Shown here piece by piece: positions 24,352-37,746 of a DNA stretch of 64,000 nucleotides. Origin of the DNA: Chiloscyllium plagiosum (lineage: Eukaryota); contig NC_057718.1 of the NCBI RefSeq assembly GCF_004010195.1, positions 96,254,686 to 96,318,685 on the forward strand. The letters are read 5' to 3'. Every line of letters starts with the position of its first letter. Positions within the stretch are counted from its first letter, which is position 1. Position numbers and translations under genes: made by a program. A model generated the notes under the pieces. The model was not told where the DNA came from. It searched no databases and saw only the letters and a program-made list of their open reading frames with translations.

Positions 24352-25313
24352 AACCCAGACAACTGATGTGAAGTGACAGTAGAAGAGACAACTTAAGCAG
24401 AAAATAACAATAAAAAAACATAAGCTAGTAGTGGATAGACACATGTGATGATCTGTGGTACAAAAATACATTGAAAGCTTTGGCGAAAGCTGTGGCTGCA
24501 TTGGGGTTAGCAATGTGAAACTAATTCATCCAACATGGCTGTCTTTATACACCTACACAGGGGCTTTCCACTTGCTCCTTAGTGTGGGAGATATATAATG
24601 ACATAAATGCACAACCTCACTCTCATACATTCAGTGCCAGTGTGAAACACCGTGGGATAACATGCTATGGGTATCACTATCAACGCAAACCAAGAATCTG
24701 CAATTATTACGTCTGCTCATTATGGACAATTGATTTGAATGCTTTTAATATTTCACTGATGACAATATGTAATTGTGGCATAATCTTCATAGCTACTTAA
24801 TTGCAACACAATATTTAATAGACTGTAGAGAAGATGTGGACAGATTCCTGCAGCAGAGGGTTGTTTTTTCTGGAGATTGTTAACACCCAGATCATGAAGA
24901 CAGCAAATGGTGCAGATCCACAATTGGAATTCACATTCTTTGGAGAGAACGTAGGTTAAATTAATGGGAGCAGAAATACATAGGGCCACAAAACCCGTTC
25001 ATTAAAATGTTAGAATGAGAAAAGGAATTGTGGACGGTAAAGATCTGAAATAAACACAGAAATTGCTGGAAAAACTCAGCAGGTCTCATGGCATCTGTAG
25101 AAAAATCAAAGTTAACATTTTGGGCCCAGGAACCCTTCTGTTTCTCTCTGCTCAGACACTGCTGGATCTGCTGAATCTCTTCAGAAAACTCTATTTTTTT
25201 CATTTGAATTAAGATACTATTTTGTGTCATGGAAAAACTCGCTAACCAACTGTAATTTTCTATTCATTGACAAACCTGAGGGCTGCAATTGTTAAAGTCA
25301 GGGCATTATTTTT

Positions 25314-25745
25314 AGATTAGATTACTTACAGTGTGGAAATAGGCCCTTCGGCCCAACAAGTCCACACCAACCGGCATTGTCATATAGAAGGTGCCAGTAT
25401 GGAATTCTAATGTATTTTAGACTAGATTAGATATCCTACAGTATGGAAACAGGCCCTTCAGCCCAACAAGTCCACACTGACCCTCCAAAGAGTAACCCAC
25501 CCAGACCCATTCCTCTATCCTATATTTACCCCTGCGCCTTATGCCAAGAGCAATTTAGCAAGGCCAATTCCCCTAGCCTGCATATCTTTGGATTATGGGA
25601 GGAAACCAGAGCACCCAGAGGAAACCCACACAGACACGAGGAGAATGAGCAAACTCCACACAGAGCATTGCCTAATGGTGGGAATTGAACCTGGTCCCTG
25701 GCACTGTGAGACAGCAGTGCTAACCACTGAGCCATCGTGCCACCC
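25314..25745 (-). mobile_element. HE1-type SINE (25418-25745) plus an isolated tail (25314-25372)
   Basis: Reverse-complement match. Confidence 0.85.
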
Positions 25746-28257
25746 AACACATAACATGAACTGTACATGGATATCTTTCTCTCTGGCCAGATTGATTATA
25801 CCAAGCATTGCATACATGTGACAGATTCCTTCAATCACTCACTCACTGACATTCCAGGGAAAATTGAATGTTAGTAAAGAGCTGATGTTGTAATTGACTC
25901 TGTGGGATGTATTCAAAGTAGTATTTGGTACAATGCAAAACCAGTACACACCTCTGAGAGGTAAAAGGTTCCACCTATGTAGTTAAGCAACTAAGGCTGA
26001 CAAAAATTAAAAGCAAAAGTTTAGACAGTTGTAAAGAAAAGGGGATATCTAGCAAAGTTGGTGGGAGAGAGGAATATGGGAACTTCGGTTTGATATCAGT
26101 CATGGGGAAAGTCAGCATCAGGGACAGAGCCACAGACTGTGACAAGCTGCACAAAAAGAATCAGAAGGAGTATCCGAAGGGTAGACGATGTATAATTGAC
26201 CCAATTGAAGTTGTCATTGTCCTCCTGTACTTGAGTACATGTGACAATCCAAATCCAAATCCAAATCTGATTGAAATTTTGAGGATGGCATTTGCATGGT
26301 GGATAGGTGAAACATTCTTTGAACTTCCAGAAAGCATTCGTTAAAGGTTGGCTGCAGGAGATTGTGCACAAAGCTGGAAACACAAACAATTGGAGGTAAC
26401 GTTGTGGCATGAGTTAGTTAATGGTTGGAGGGTAGGAGATAGCAATAAGGAATAAAGAGAACATTAGCCGACAAGTTGGGGGGAGGGGGATGGGTCTCCC
26501 CAACCAGAACCTAACCTTTCCACAGTACATCATAAATGAAATTGATGAAGGAATAGAACATAGAACATAGAACAATACAGTTCAGTACAGGCCATTCAGC
26601 CCTCATGTTGTGAGCTGTATATCAAGGAGTGTAGCTCAGAGAAACATATAGAGTTTGGAATAGGAGTGGTCCATTGAGCGTATTGAGCTTATTTTGATCT
26701 TCAGTTTGAGCATGACTAATTACAGATCACCATGAAAGTCCAAGTTGTATATTATAAGCCCATTCTGGTGTGCAGCCATTGATAGTGATTATGAATCAAG
26801 CAAACACATAGACAGAGGCCCAGCAGGTCTACGTCATAGGATTCTCATTTCTGTGCCAGAAGGTTGAGAGATCCAAGGCCCATTTCAGTGTTTGCTACAA
26901 CTTTTCTTGGCTGACATGTCAGTACAGTACTGAGGGAATGCTACTCTGTGGAGAGATGCTGTCTTTAAGTGAGCTGGTACTGAAGTATTGACTGATGGAA
27001 GACTGTTCAGCTCATTGGGCCTCTCAGCTCTTTGCAGAAGTAGCTCAACCAGTCCCACTCTCATTCTGCCTCTTCCCATAGCGCTGCAAATACTTCCTCT
27101 TGGGATAACCATTGCTGAGTCATCGGGAAAGTCGAGGCATGGTGTTAATGTTCATGGTTTCATAATCCAGGAATCCCAGGATTTGAATCCCACCATGGCA
27201 GTTAATCAGATTTGAATAAAATTCTGGAATTAAAAAGCTAGCCAACATGCAACCATACCCAAGTGTGATTAAAAACCCCACCTGGTTCATTCTGGCCTTT
27301 TACAGAAGAAAGTCTGCCATCCTTACCTGGTCTGGCCTGCATGTGACTCTTAACTGCCCTCTGGACAAGTAGAGATGGGCAGGAAAGGCTGACCTAGTCA
27401 ATGTCACACACGCTTCATGAACGATTTAAAAATAAATCATTCAAACCTCTTTCTAAGGCCTTAAGTAACATCATTGCATCCATCATACTCTCAGGTAATA
27501 CATTCTGGGTACTAACCACTTGCTGCTTAAAAAACATTTGCCCATATGGCGCCATTGCTTCCTCAGCCAATCATCTTAAATCAGTTTCTGCTTCTCAGGG
27601 ACCGATCTTTTCCCGATCTACTCCATCTATGCTCCACACAAATTTGAACACATCTATCAGATCACCTTCACACCTTCTCTACTCTGAGAAGAGTTACATC
27701 AGTTTCTCCAACTGATCCAAGGTCCTCACACCTGTAAATAAATTTGCCCAGGAGCTACTTGAAGAAGAGTAGTCAGTTCACTTGACCAATATCTAACTGG
27801 AAAATGGCGTTGGAGTGGCAGCTCAGCGTGTGGGCTTCAGCTCCGCCCACTTTTACAATTCTTCTTTCTCTGCTTATTTTCTTACATTAACCTAATTTAC
27901 CATCCACCGACATTTGGATGGCTTCATTTTGACCCGGTGTCGGATCCAGCTTCCTTCCCAATGAAAAAGTTTTCAAATCCCTCTGAGCCCTCACCCCAAC
28001 CCTCCCTACCTCGGTGGGGGTCCTCAGGCTCACAGTCCTCTGAGGTGCCCGTTTTGTAGTTCTCCCCATCGCGTGTACCCCTGATTTCGATTGTCTGACT
28101 TTTGGTGGCTCTGCAACTGAAACAGACGTTGGTGGAAAAGCTCAGCAGGTCTGGCAGCAGCTGTGAAGAGAAATCAGAGTTAGCATTTGGCATCCTCAGA
28201 ACAGATGGAAGCTCGGGAAATGTTGATTTATATGCAGAAGGTAGGGTGGGGGGGAAT

Positions 28258-28368
28258 CAGCACTCGGAAAGCTAGTGCTTCCAAATAAACCTGTCGGACT
28301 AGAACCTGGTGTTGTGTTAATTTTAACTTTGTCCACTCCAGTCCAACACCGGCTCCTCCACATCATAT
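28258..28368 (+). mobile_element. PLE subfamily B terminal repeat
   Basis: gaaagctagtgcttccaaataaacctg...ccagtccaacaccggc matches 389-448 and the complement of 205-265. Confidence 0.8.
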
Positions 28369-28934
28369 CCACTTTCAAGGAACAATGAATGTGTACCCCT
28401 AGATCTCTTTGTCCCCAGGGCATTATTATTGACTGTGGAGGCCCTGCCCACGTTTTGCATTAACAAAATTGAACATTTTGCATTTATCAGGATTAAACGC
28501 CGTCTGCCATTCCTCAGTCCAGTGGCCCAGTTGATCGAGATCTCATTGTTAAACTCATTCCTGCTGTTACTTTCTTGAAATTTGAAGCCGAGAACGTGAA
28601 GAGAATCTCAATCTCAGAATGTAGAGACCTGTCTGCTTCACTGCAGGGAGGGAAATTGGCCCTGCTTACCCAGTCCGGCCTATACGGAACTCGATACCCA
28701 CAACAATGCGATTGAATCTAAACACCTTCTCAAAATGGATGAGCAAAACTGCTCAGTGTTCGGGTAGGAAGCAACGCATAAGAACTTCTAGATGTACGAA
28801 CCAATTTCATGACAGGATGAGAAAATTATTGTTTGTATGCTCAGGAAAGGAATAGTTATTACATTCCATCGAAAGAAACGGAAACTGGGCTGGTCAAGGA
28901 ATCCAGCATCAAGGCATCCACGCAGGCCGTGGCA

Positions 28935-29020
28935 GGGGAGAGGGGTGAGAGTGTGTTCCTGGTGGTGGGGGAGGGGGGTGAGAGTGTGTCCCTGCTGATG
29001 GGAGAGGGGGGTGAGAGTGT
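28935..29020. repeat. ~33-bp G-rich direct repeat, about 2.6 copies
   Basis: ggggtgagagtgt occurs three times. Confidence 0.7.
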
Positions 29021-29821
29021 TCCTACTTTCCATGGTCATAAATTAATGGATGGTACTGGATGCTTGGGGCCTGAATTTGAGGATTTGTGTGAAGACAGTG
29101 GCAGACAAATGTCCCAACATTTAACAAGAAAAACACAACTCAACCAAACTAATTCATGCCTGTTATATAATTTTTAAATTTACATTTCAGGTACATGGAA
29201 GCAGTCTGATGAAGGAATACCTTTCATTGACACTAAAAGTGGGTCAGTGGGTATTTTGTGTGTGTTCACCTGGGTGTTTGTGAAAACTCACTGTCTCCAA
29301 TAGTCTGTAACCCAAGCCACTGGGAATCTATACTCATTGATTCTGGCATAGAATGGACAAACTTCTGGTTTACCTGGAGTCATTGAGAAGAACATTAAAC
29401 CTCATTGACGGGTCCACCATTCAAGCCTCTATTAATCACTTACACAAACAGAAAAATTACTTAACAATGATCGCTGTATTGACATTAAACCTCTACATTC
29501 TCATGACTAATTTCCTGTGTTCAACAAATAACCCAAGAACACAGTTGACCTGATAACTTAGGTATCACGTAATCAAGCCTACCACAAAAGTTTGACTCAC
29601 TTGCGAGCATTCATCACCAAGAATGTTATTTTGGATTTTGCTTGACCTCAAAGGATCATGCTTGCCCTCCCAACATGGTGAGGTAATCACTAATTGTTCA
29701 ACTTTAAACTGTCACTCAGTGAACATTGGGTATCAGGAGGTTTTCATAACCAGGTGTGAACAAAGTGTGTGTTCGTGCTAATGTTATCCATCTGATCGGG
29801 GTTCAGTTACCTTGGTTGTAA

Positions 29822-31719
29822 TCGATCATCTCCCAGACCATCCACAACCACATCACCTCAGGGGCTCTCCCATCCACAGCCTCCAACCTCATAGTCCAGG
29901 ATGCCCGCACCGCCTGGTTCTACCTCTTACCCAAAATTCATAAACCTGACTGGTCGACCCATCGTCTCTGTCTGCTCCTGCCCCTCCAAACTTATCTCCA
30001 CATACCCTGACACCATCCTGTCCCCCTTGGTCCAGGATCTCCCCACATACATTCGGTTCTCCACCCACGCCATTCAGTTCCTCCATGACCTTTGGTTCCC
30101 TCGCCCCCAAAGCCTCATCTTCACCATGGACGTCCAGGCGCTGTACACATCCATCCACCATGACAAAGGCCTCCAAGCTCTCCATTTCTTCCTCTCCTGC
30201 CAACCCAACCAATACTCTTCCACGGACACACTCATTTGATTGGCTGAACTGATCCTCAACCTCAACAATGTCTCTTTTGAATCCTCCCACTTCCTTCAGA
30301 CCAACGGGATAGCCACGACCACCCACATGGGTCCCAGCTATGCTTACCTCTTCATTGGGCATGTGGAACAGTCCATCTTCTGTAGTTACACCAGCACCAC
30401 TCCCCACCTTTTCCTCCATTATATTGATGACTGCATTGGCACCACCTCATGCTCCTACGAGGAGGTTGAACAGTTCATCAACTTCACAAACACCTTCCAC
30501 CCTGACCTCAAATTCGCCTGGACCATTTTGGACATCACCCTCCCCTTCCTGGACCTCTCCATCTCCATTTCTGGCAATCAACTCAACACGGACATCTACT
30601 ACAAACCCACTGACTTCTACAGCTATCTGGCCTGCACCTCCTCCCAACCTCCTCCTGTAAAAATGCTATCCCTTACTCCTAAATCCTCTGCCTCCACCAT
30701 ATCTGCTCTGAGAGGATCACTTCCACTCCAAAACATTCCAGATGGCCTCCTTCTTCAAGGACTGCAATTTCCTTTCCCACGTGATCAACAATGCCCTCCA
30801 GCGCATCTCTCCACTTCCTGCACCTCCGCCCTCGAACCCCACCCCTCCAATCACAACAAGGATAGAACCCCCCGGTCGGCAACCAGAGAGACCATTCCCT
30901 CTGCAGCTCCCTCGTTAGGTCAAGTTACCCCTCCCCCCACCACCAAACCGCACTCCACTCCCAGCTTATTCCCTTGCCACTGCAAGAGCCGTAAATTCTG
31001 TGCCCATACCTCCCCCCTCAGCTCTATCCAAAGCCCGAAAGGATCCTTTCACATCTGGTAGAGATTTTCCTGCACATCCAAACAACTCATCTACTGTGTT
31101 GCTCCCAATATGGTCTCTTCTACATCAGAGAGACAGGGTGCCAACTCATGGAACGTTTCAGGGAACATCCCAGGACACACGCACTAAACAACCCTACCGC
31201 CCTGTGGCCAAACATTTCAACTCCGCCTCCAGCTCCGCCAAGGACATGCAAGTCTTGGGCCTCCTCCACTGCCAAATCCAAGCCACCTGATGCCTGGAGG
31301 GAAAACACCTCATCTTCTGCCTTGGGACCCTTCAATCACACAGCATCAACATTGACTTCACCAGTTTTCTCATCTCCCCTCCCCCCACCTTAGCCCAGAT
31401 CCAACACTCCAATTCAGCACCGCCCTCTTGAACTGTCCATCATCCCACAAAGCTATCTGATTCATCATCCGCTCTGACCTATCACCATCATCCCCCCACC
31501 TTCATCCACCTGTCACATTCCTAGCTACCATCTCCCCTGCCCCACACGCCTCCCATTTATGTCTCAGCCTCCTCGGGCCCACCCCTTCCATTCCTGATGA
31601 AGATCTCATGCCCGAAACATTGATTCGCCTGCTCCTCGGATGCTGCCTGACCTGCTGTGCTTTTCAGGCACCACACTCTCAACTCTGATCTCCACCATCT
31701 GTAGTCCTCACTTTCTCCT
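29822..31719 (+). mobile_element. Penelope-like retroelement (subfamily A), 5'-truncated, frameshifted RT plus GIY-YIG
   Basis: GRPIVS, TMDVQALYTSI, QTNGIA..HMGPSYA, YIDD, LPFLD and TDIYYKPT motifs; LIYC..YIRET..ERFREH endonuclease; terminal repeat with hammerhead core at 31594-31617. Confidence 0.93.
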
Positions 31720-32153
31720 GGCTGGTTGCAATGCTTATGAGGCCAACAGCATGGGTTCAATTCCTGCTTTGCCTGAGGTCACCAGGAAGATCTTATCTTC
31801 TCAGCCTTGCCCTTCGCTTGAGGTGTGATTGTCCTGGGGTTAGACCAGTTATCTCTCTAATCAGGAGAGCATCTTCCTGCCACTCAGTAGTAAGAGGTAC
31901 ACGAGTGATCACGTGAATGGGTAAAGTCACCATTGAACAGCTCTCCTCAGTAGAGGGATAACTAGTATAACCCCCAGGGCCATCACACCTCAAGCGAAGG
32001 GCAAGGCTGAGAAGATAAGATCTTCCTGGTGATCTCAGGCAATGCAGGAATTGAACCCATGCTGTTGGCCTCACTCAGCATTACAACAGCCAGGAGAGAG
32101 GACTGCAGATGCTGGAGACCAGATTCGAGAATGTGGTGCTTGAAAAGCACAGC
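31654..32153. repeat. Inverted duplication (~215-bp arms) spanning a PLE end and a tRNA-SINE fragment
   Basis: 31654-31870 is the reverse complement of 31940-32153 with scattered mismatches. Confidence 0.9.
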
Positions 32154-32154
32154 T

Positions 32155-32646
32155 GATAACCAGATATCCTAAATTAATCTAGTCCTATTTGTCAGCACTT
32201 GGCCCATATCTCTCTAAACTCTTCCGATTGATATACCCATCCAAATGTCTTTTTAATGTTGTAATTGTACCAGTCTCCACCACTCCCTCTGCCAGCTCAT
32301 TCCAGACATGCACCACCCTCTGTGTGAAAAAGTTGCCCCTTAGGCTCTTTTAAATATTTCCCCCTCACCTTAAACTTATTCCCTCTAGTTTTGGACTCCG
32401 CTATGCTGGGGAAAAGACCTTGGCTATTCACCCTATCCATGCCCCTCATGATTTTATAAAGCTCTATAAGATCACAGCTTAGCCTCTGATGCTCCAGAGA
32501 AAATAGCTCCAACCTAGTCAGCCTCTCCCTATCGCTCAAGCCTTCCAACCGCGGCAACATCCTTGTAACTCTTTTCTGAACGCTTTCAAATTTCACAGCA
32601 TCCTTCCTATAGCAGGGAGACCAGAATTGAACACAGCATTCCAAAT
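32155..32646 (-). mobile_element. CR1 3' fragment
   Basis: LECCVQFWSPCYRKD..ESVQKRVTRML. Confidence 0.9.
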
Positions 32647-33789
32647 GACAAATCAGACTCAATGCTTATTACAGTTCATTTTTGGTGCTGAGAGGCTGCT
32701 TAATAGTAGTCATATTGTTGAACAGAGATATAGAATAAAATAGCTTAGATGCAACTCACCATGGTGAGTTTAATTTCTATTTACTGTATGTACCCCTCAA
32801 ATAAAACACCTTCACATCATTCCATGTGTTTTAACAATGAAGGAGAAAGCAGTATGTTGTTCTTGCAGATTTAACAATGAAGTAACAAATCTCAGACTTT
32901 AAAGTATCTGCATCTGTCCTTTATCCAATGCCATGTACAAACTGTGTATAAATAATGGCAGGTGCCATTACATTCTCCATTATTTTTACAGGAAGACCTG
33001 GGTCAATGCTCCAATTACTTAGTCTACTGTGGAATTTTAAGCATTGTATTTCATAAACTGATTTCGGGGAATTGCAACCAATTATCTTCATGTGAGGGTC
33101 TGACCACACTTTCTACTGGGAAAGAAATTAAGTAGACGTGTGCATGCTTTCTTGAGTAGCGTACCTGCTGAAACTCGGAAAATTGATTGGTTTAAATAAG
33201 ATTCCTCCTAGCTTTCGGGTGGATCCCAAATGTTATTCATTTGGTTTTGCAGGATCTGATGACTGAAAGAAGTGGGAGTGAGCATCTTCCAAGTTACTCT
33301 GTCATGAGAGTGGGATCGGTTGTAATTGTAATTTCTTATTAATGATAATGAAACTTGATGTGGAGGAAACAGGCCACAAATATTTGGTATTAAAATAGTA
33401 AGCATACCTTGGGCAACAATTATTTTGAAACCCTCCTAGTTAACTTTCAAATGTGGGCACTATGTATGAATTTTGAATTTAGAGGACTTACAAAGTTATC
33501 AGAATTATATTCTGAATACAAATGGAGCCAATTTCATATCTACCAGTCTGCTAGTCATAGATTTATGTGATTGACCAGCCTTAAAGATGAACCAACCATT
33601 GCCATAAATGTTACTGCTGTGGTTTTAGATGGAAGTATTGCCACATTTTGGAAATGTGGTTTAACATCCACTATCTTAATGAAGGTACTGGCTTATTCCA
33701 ATAAGGATGTCATTAAACCCACTGTAAATCTTTAAGCTGTTGGAAATACCCAGCAAGTTACACAGCATTCGTGAACAGAGGAACCAAGT

Positions 33790-34212
33790 AAGATTTGTTG
33801 CATCAGGTTTGACATCATCCAGGACAAAGTAGCCTGTCTGATTGATACCACATCCACAAACATCTGCTCCCTCACACCACCAGCCCTCAGTAGCAGCAGG
33901 ATGTACCATCCATCAGGTGCACTGAAGAAATTCACCTCAGAGAGCAAGTTCCAAATCCTTGACTACTTCCACCTAGGGTAGCAGATACATGGGAACACCA
34001 CCTCCTGCAAGTTTCCTCCAAGCCACTTGTCATCCTAAAGTGGAAATATATAGCCATCCCTTCCCATGTCACTGGGACAAAATCCTGGAATTCCCTCCCT
34101 CATGGTATTGTGGGTCTACCTATAGCAAGTGGACTGCAGCAGTTCAAGAAGGCAGCTCACCACCACCTTCGGGACAGGTAGTAAAGTGCTGGGCCCAGCC
34201 AGTGATGTCCAC
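33790..34212 (+). mobile_element. L2/CR1-like LINE 3' fragment
   Basis: Same family as 43020-43700 and 56870-57495. Confidence 0.65.
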
Positions 34213-34344
34213 CTGACAGTGTGCCCATGCCTCTCTGAGCTTTTCAAGTTTAGTATGGAACATGTTGTCAAAAGTATGAGCTGATAACAGCAAACCAGGG
34301 AAGGATGGCCAGAAACAGGGCATTATTTTGATCAGTCAGACTGA

Positions 34345-34545
34345 GGTAAGGTAAAGTCACCATATACTTACCAGACCATTGTCCTCCTCGCCCACTGGAG
34401 CTAACTGGTGATGGTTTCGCCTGAGGGTCACCATGCTTCAGGCGAAAGGAAAGGTTAAGGCGGAGAGTCTTTCATGGTCACCTCAACTCGTGTGGGGATT
34501 GAATCCATCCCAGTGCACTGCAACCCAGCCACCTGAGCTAACCAA
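34345..34545 (-). mobile_element. tRNA-derived SINE (same family as the arms at 31720-32090)
   Basis: Minus strand ggttagctcagg head and atggtgactttacc tail. Confidence 0.6.
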
Positions 34546-34869
34546 TACCGCTAATCAAAATAAAAGACTGCAGAATGAAAGATTGAGAAAATAGTTTGAA
34601 ATCAATGTCAAATCGAGTGCAGAAAAAGACAATGACAGAAAGAATGGATAAAAGAGAAACAGAAAGGACAGAAATGAGAAATTAAGAAAGTATTATCAAT
34701 TTTAAATTTGACATGTTCAGAATTTCCAACAATACTTAAAATCTGAAGGAATAAGATTTCATATTTGTAGTAGTTAATTTTCTGCATTGACGAGACTGAT
34801 TGGCATCAATTAACATTTAATACAGCTTTCCAAATGTTCTTAGGCTTGAAATAATAAGATCTTATGTGC

Positions 34870-36070
34870 TTCAGGAAGTCTTTGGAATGCATCCTTGGTC
34901 CTCTCATTTGAGAGCTCTCCTTGATCTGGGCTAAGAAGATTAGCTTTGAGAGTCAGGCATAGTCAGTACGTGGTCAACCCAACAGAGTTGGCTTCGGATT
35001 ATCATGTATTTGATGCTAGTACTATTATTTCCTTCAAGGACATTGAGGTGAATGTGTTTACCTTCCCAGCTGATGCAGAGAATCCATCTCAAACAACATT
35101 GATGGGACTTGACCACAGCATTGGTGTAGCATCTATATGTAGTCCATGTTTCGGAGACCTACAGAAAAGTCAGAGGATAATTACCATTTCCACAGGATAT
35201 CAGGACAGATGTCACCGTTGTTCAAAGACTGTCATCCTTAGACACTGAAGGTAGATGCCATGTTGAATCTCCACATCAATATCAGCAGAGTGGTGGGGGC
35301 ATGGAATGCGCTGCCTGTGGGAGTGGCAGAGCCAGAATCATTGGTGACCTTTAAGCGGCAATTGGTTAGGTACACGGATAGGTGCTTAAGCTAGGACAAA
35401 TGTTCGGCACAACATCGTGGGCCGAAGGGCCTGTTCTATGTTTACATAACAGGTAGCTTCCCAGATAAGGGAAGTGTTTGACACTTGGGAGGATTTCTCT
35501 GCTGGAAGGATAGACTGGAACTTTTTCTGGGATGGGTTGGTAAAGGATTTGAATTTTCTTGAGGTTAAGGCAGAGACCAATTATTCGGAATGCATCAGCA
35601 TTAAGAGAACTTGAAGATACGCTTCCCGAGAGAGCAGTGATGATGTTACCCCACATTTACTGAAGGTCCACAAGCAAAATTGAGGTTGTTTTATGCTTGG
35701 ATTTCAACTGGTTGAGGTTGAAAAGCTTTCTGTCCATCCTGTACATCATGTCCACTCTCACTGGGCAGCTAGTTCTTGACAAGATGAAGGATGGTGGCGA
35801 TGAAGATGGAGAAAAGGGTAGGGCAATGACCCATTCCTGCATGACCCCTGTCTTGACCAAATGAGTTTGTCATTACTATCGGTGAGGACCATTGCTACAT
35901 CTTTTCGAGCAAGTCATGGAGGGTGTTGATGAATTTCACTGGACAGCCAGCCTATGACAGGGTCTTCTATAGTACTTCCTGATTCACTGAGTCTATAGCC
36001 TTGGTCAGATTGATGAAGGCCATGTAGAGTCGTTGGGGCTGTTGCCGGCATTTCCCTTTGAACTGTCAAG
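34870..36070 (-). mobile_element. RTE (BovB-like) LINE RT fragment, interrupted by a CR1 tail (35285-35445, +)
   Basis: LYMAFINLTK, VKTGVMQ, YRMDRKLFNL, GLCLNLKK and FPYLGS motifs. Confidence 0.8.
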
Positions 36071-36079
36071 TAGTGAAGA

Positions 36080-36342
36080 TCACAGTGGCTCAGTGGTTGG
36101 CACCACTGTCTTACACTGCCAAAGACCTGGGTTCAATTCCAGCCTCAGGTGACTGTCTGTGTGGAGTTTGCACATTCTTCCACTGTCTGTGTGGGTATCT
36201 TCCAGGTGCTCCAGTTTCCTCCCACTGTCCAAAGATGTGCAGGTTAGGTGGAATTCTGCATAGTGTTCAGGGATGTGTAGCATTACAGAGATGGGGTGAG
36301 TCTGGGTCGGATGCTCTCTGCTTGTACACTGTAGGGATTGTA
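36080..36342 (+). mobile_element. HE1-type SINE
   Basis: Head and body match. Confidence 0.82.
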
Positions 36343-36656
36343 TGTTCATACAGCAACTTAATGTCATTCAATGTATTTCAGTACTAAGGCAGACAGGGAA
36401 GTGATATTTCCTCAAAGCTGATGGTGGAGCGGTGTATGTGCCAAGCTTCTGCCCTAACCTGGAGTTGCTGTGTAATTTGGGCAGAAGAAAGAAAATTCTC
36501 AAAGCTCTGACAAGCGTAGAGTGTCTCCAAATGCAGGGAGAGTGCGTCCATTCAAACAATCATTGGGCATTTTTCATTTCTGTTAGTGGAAGCTTTCGGA
36601 ATGCAAACTGAGAGCTCCACTTCCTGTATAAGAGTTACTAAACTTCAGAATCATTT

Positions 36657-37160
36657 CGAAAAAGTGAGGACTGCAGATGCTGGAGAGATCAGAGTCAAAA
36701 ACTGTGGCACTGGCAAAATGCAGCGGGTCAGGCAGCATCTGAAGAGCAGGACAGTCGATGTTTCAGGCATTAACTCTTCATCAGGAATGGGGGGGATGGG
36801 GTGGTGTGTGGAAGGGAGGACTGAGAGAAAAATAGAAGGAGTGTTGGACTTAGGGGGTTAGCTGGAAAGGCGATGCAGTTGGGGGATGATTGATAGTTCA
36901 GAGGAACAGATAGATGGGACGGAAGATGGACAGGTCAAGAGGGCAGCACCAAGTTGGAGGGTTGGATCTGCGATGTGGTGGGGGGAGGGGAGATGAGGAA
37001 ACTGGTGAAGTCTATGTTGATGCCGTGTGGTTGAAGGGTCCCAAGACGGAAGATGAGGCGTTCATCCTTCAGGCTTCGGGTGGCTAGGATTTGGCAATGG
37101 AGGAGGCCCAGGACTTGCATGTCGCTGGTGGAATGGGACGGGGAGTTGATTGTCATCAGG
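36657..37160 (-). mobile_element. PLE subfamily A 3' fragment
   Basis: SHSTSDMQVLGLLHCQ..RLIFRLGTLQPHGINIDF matches 31200-31370; terminal repeat at 36657-36790. Confidence 0.88.
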
Positions 37161-37479
37161 TGGTGAACTCCTTCGGTTGCAAAGCACTTTGGCATATCCT
37201 GTGGTAGCAAAAGATGCAAAACTTTTGTTTTCTCTCCCCCTCTTTCTAGTCTCCTCTTTTGTCAAGAAAGTTTGGAGACCTTTGCCTGGGAGACAGTGCA
37301 GGTCACCCTTTATTGCTGCATCACTGACTGACAATCTGCACCTGGAGATTATAGAGACAATGATGACCCGTCGTAAGCTGCGGGGAGATGTTGGATGTGG
37401 AGAAGCAGGAGCTGGTCCCCAGGAGCAGCCAGCTCCCAGAAAGCTGCAGAGCCCCTCAGAAAGCATGGGGTCCACAGGA

Positions 37480-37665
37480 GGAAAGGAATTTTTGGCACTG
37501 CCTCCGTTTCCTGGGGATGAGCGAAGCACAATGTTTGTGTAGGATCTGTATACCTGGGACACAGTGATGGAATTGTGCTGGATGCAGCACTGGGACCTGA
37601 GGGCTGTGTGTGGGGTAGGGAAGGACCATCCTCTCCCAGTGACTGTGAGAGTGACTGACTACTTC
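37480..37665 (+). pseudogene. Harbinger/PIF transposase N-terminal relic
   Basis: Frameshifted FLGMSEAQC..R / TVMELC..DL..HPLPVTVRVT resembles HARBI1-type transposase N-terminus; acidic C-terminal-like piece at 38600-38720. Confidence 0.5.
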
Positions 37666-37746
37666 CCAGAGAGCAAGGGCTGGCTTCCCTCAGTCATACA
37701 TCCCCCCCCACCCCCCAAATACATCGGGGGCTGTGACAGATGGCAT

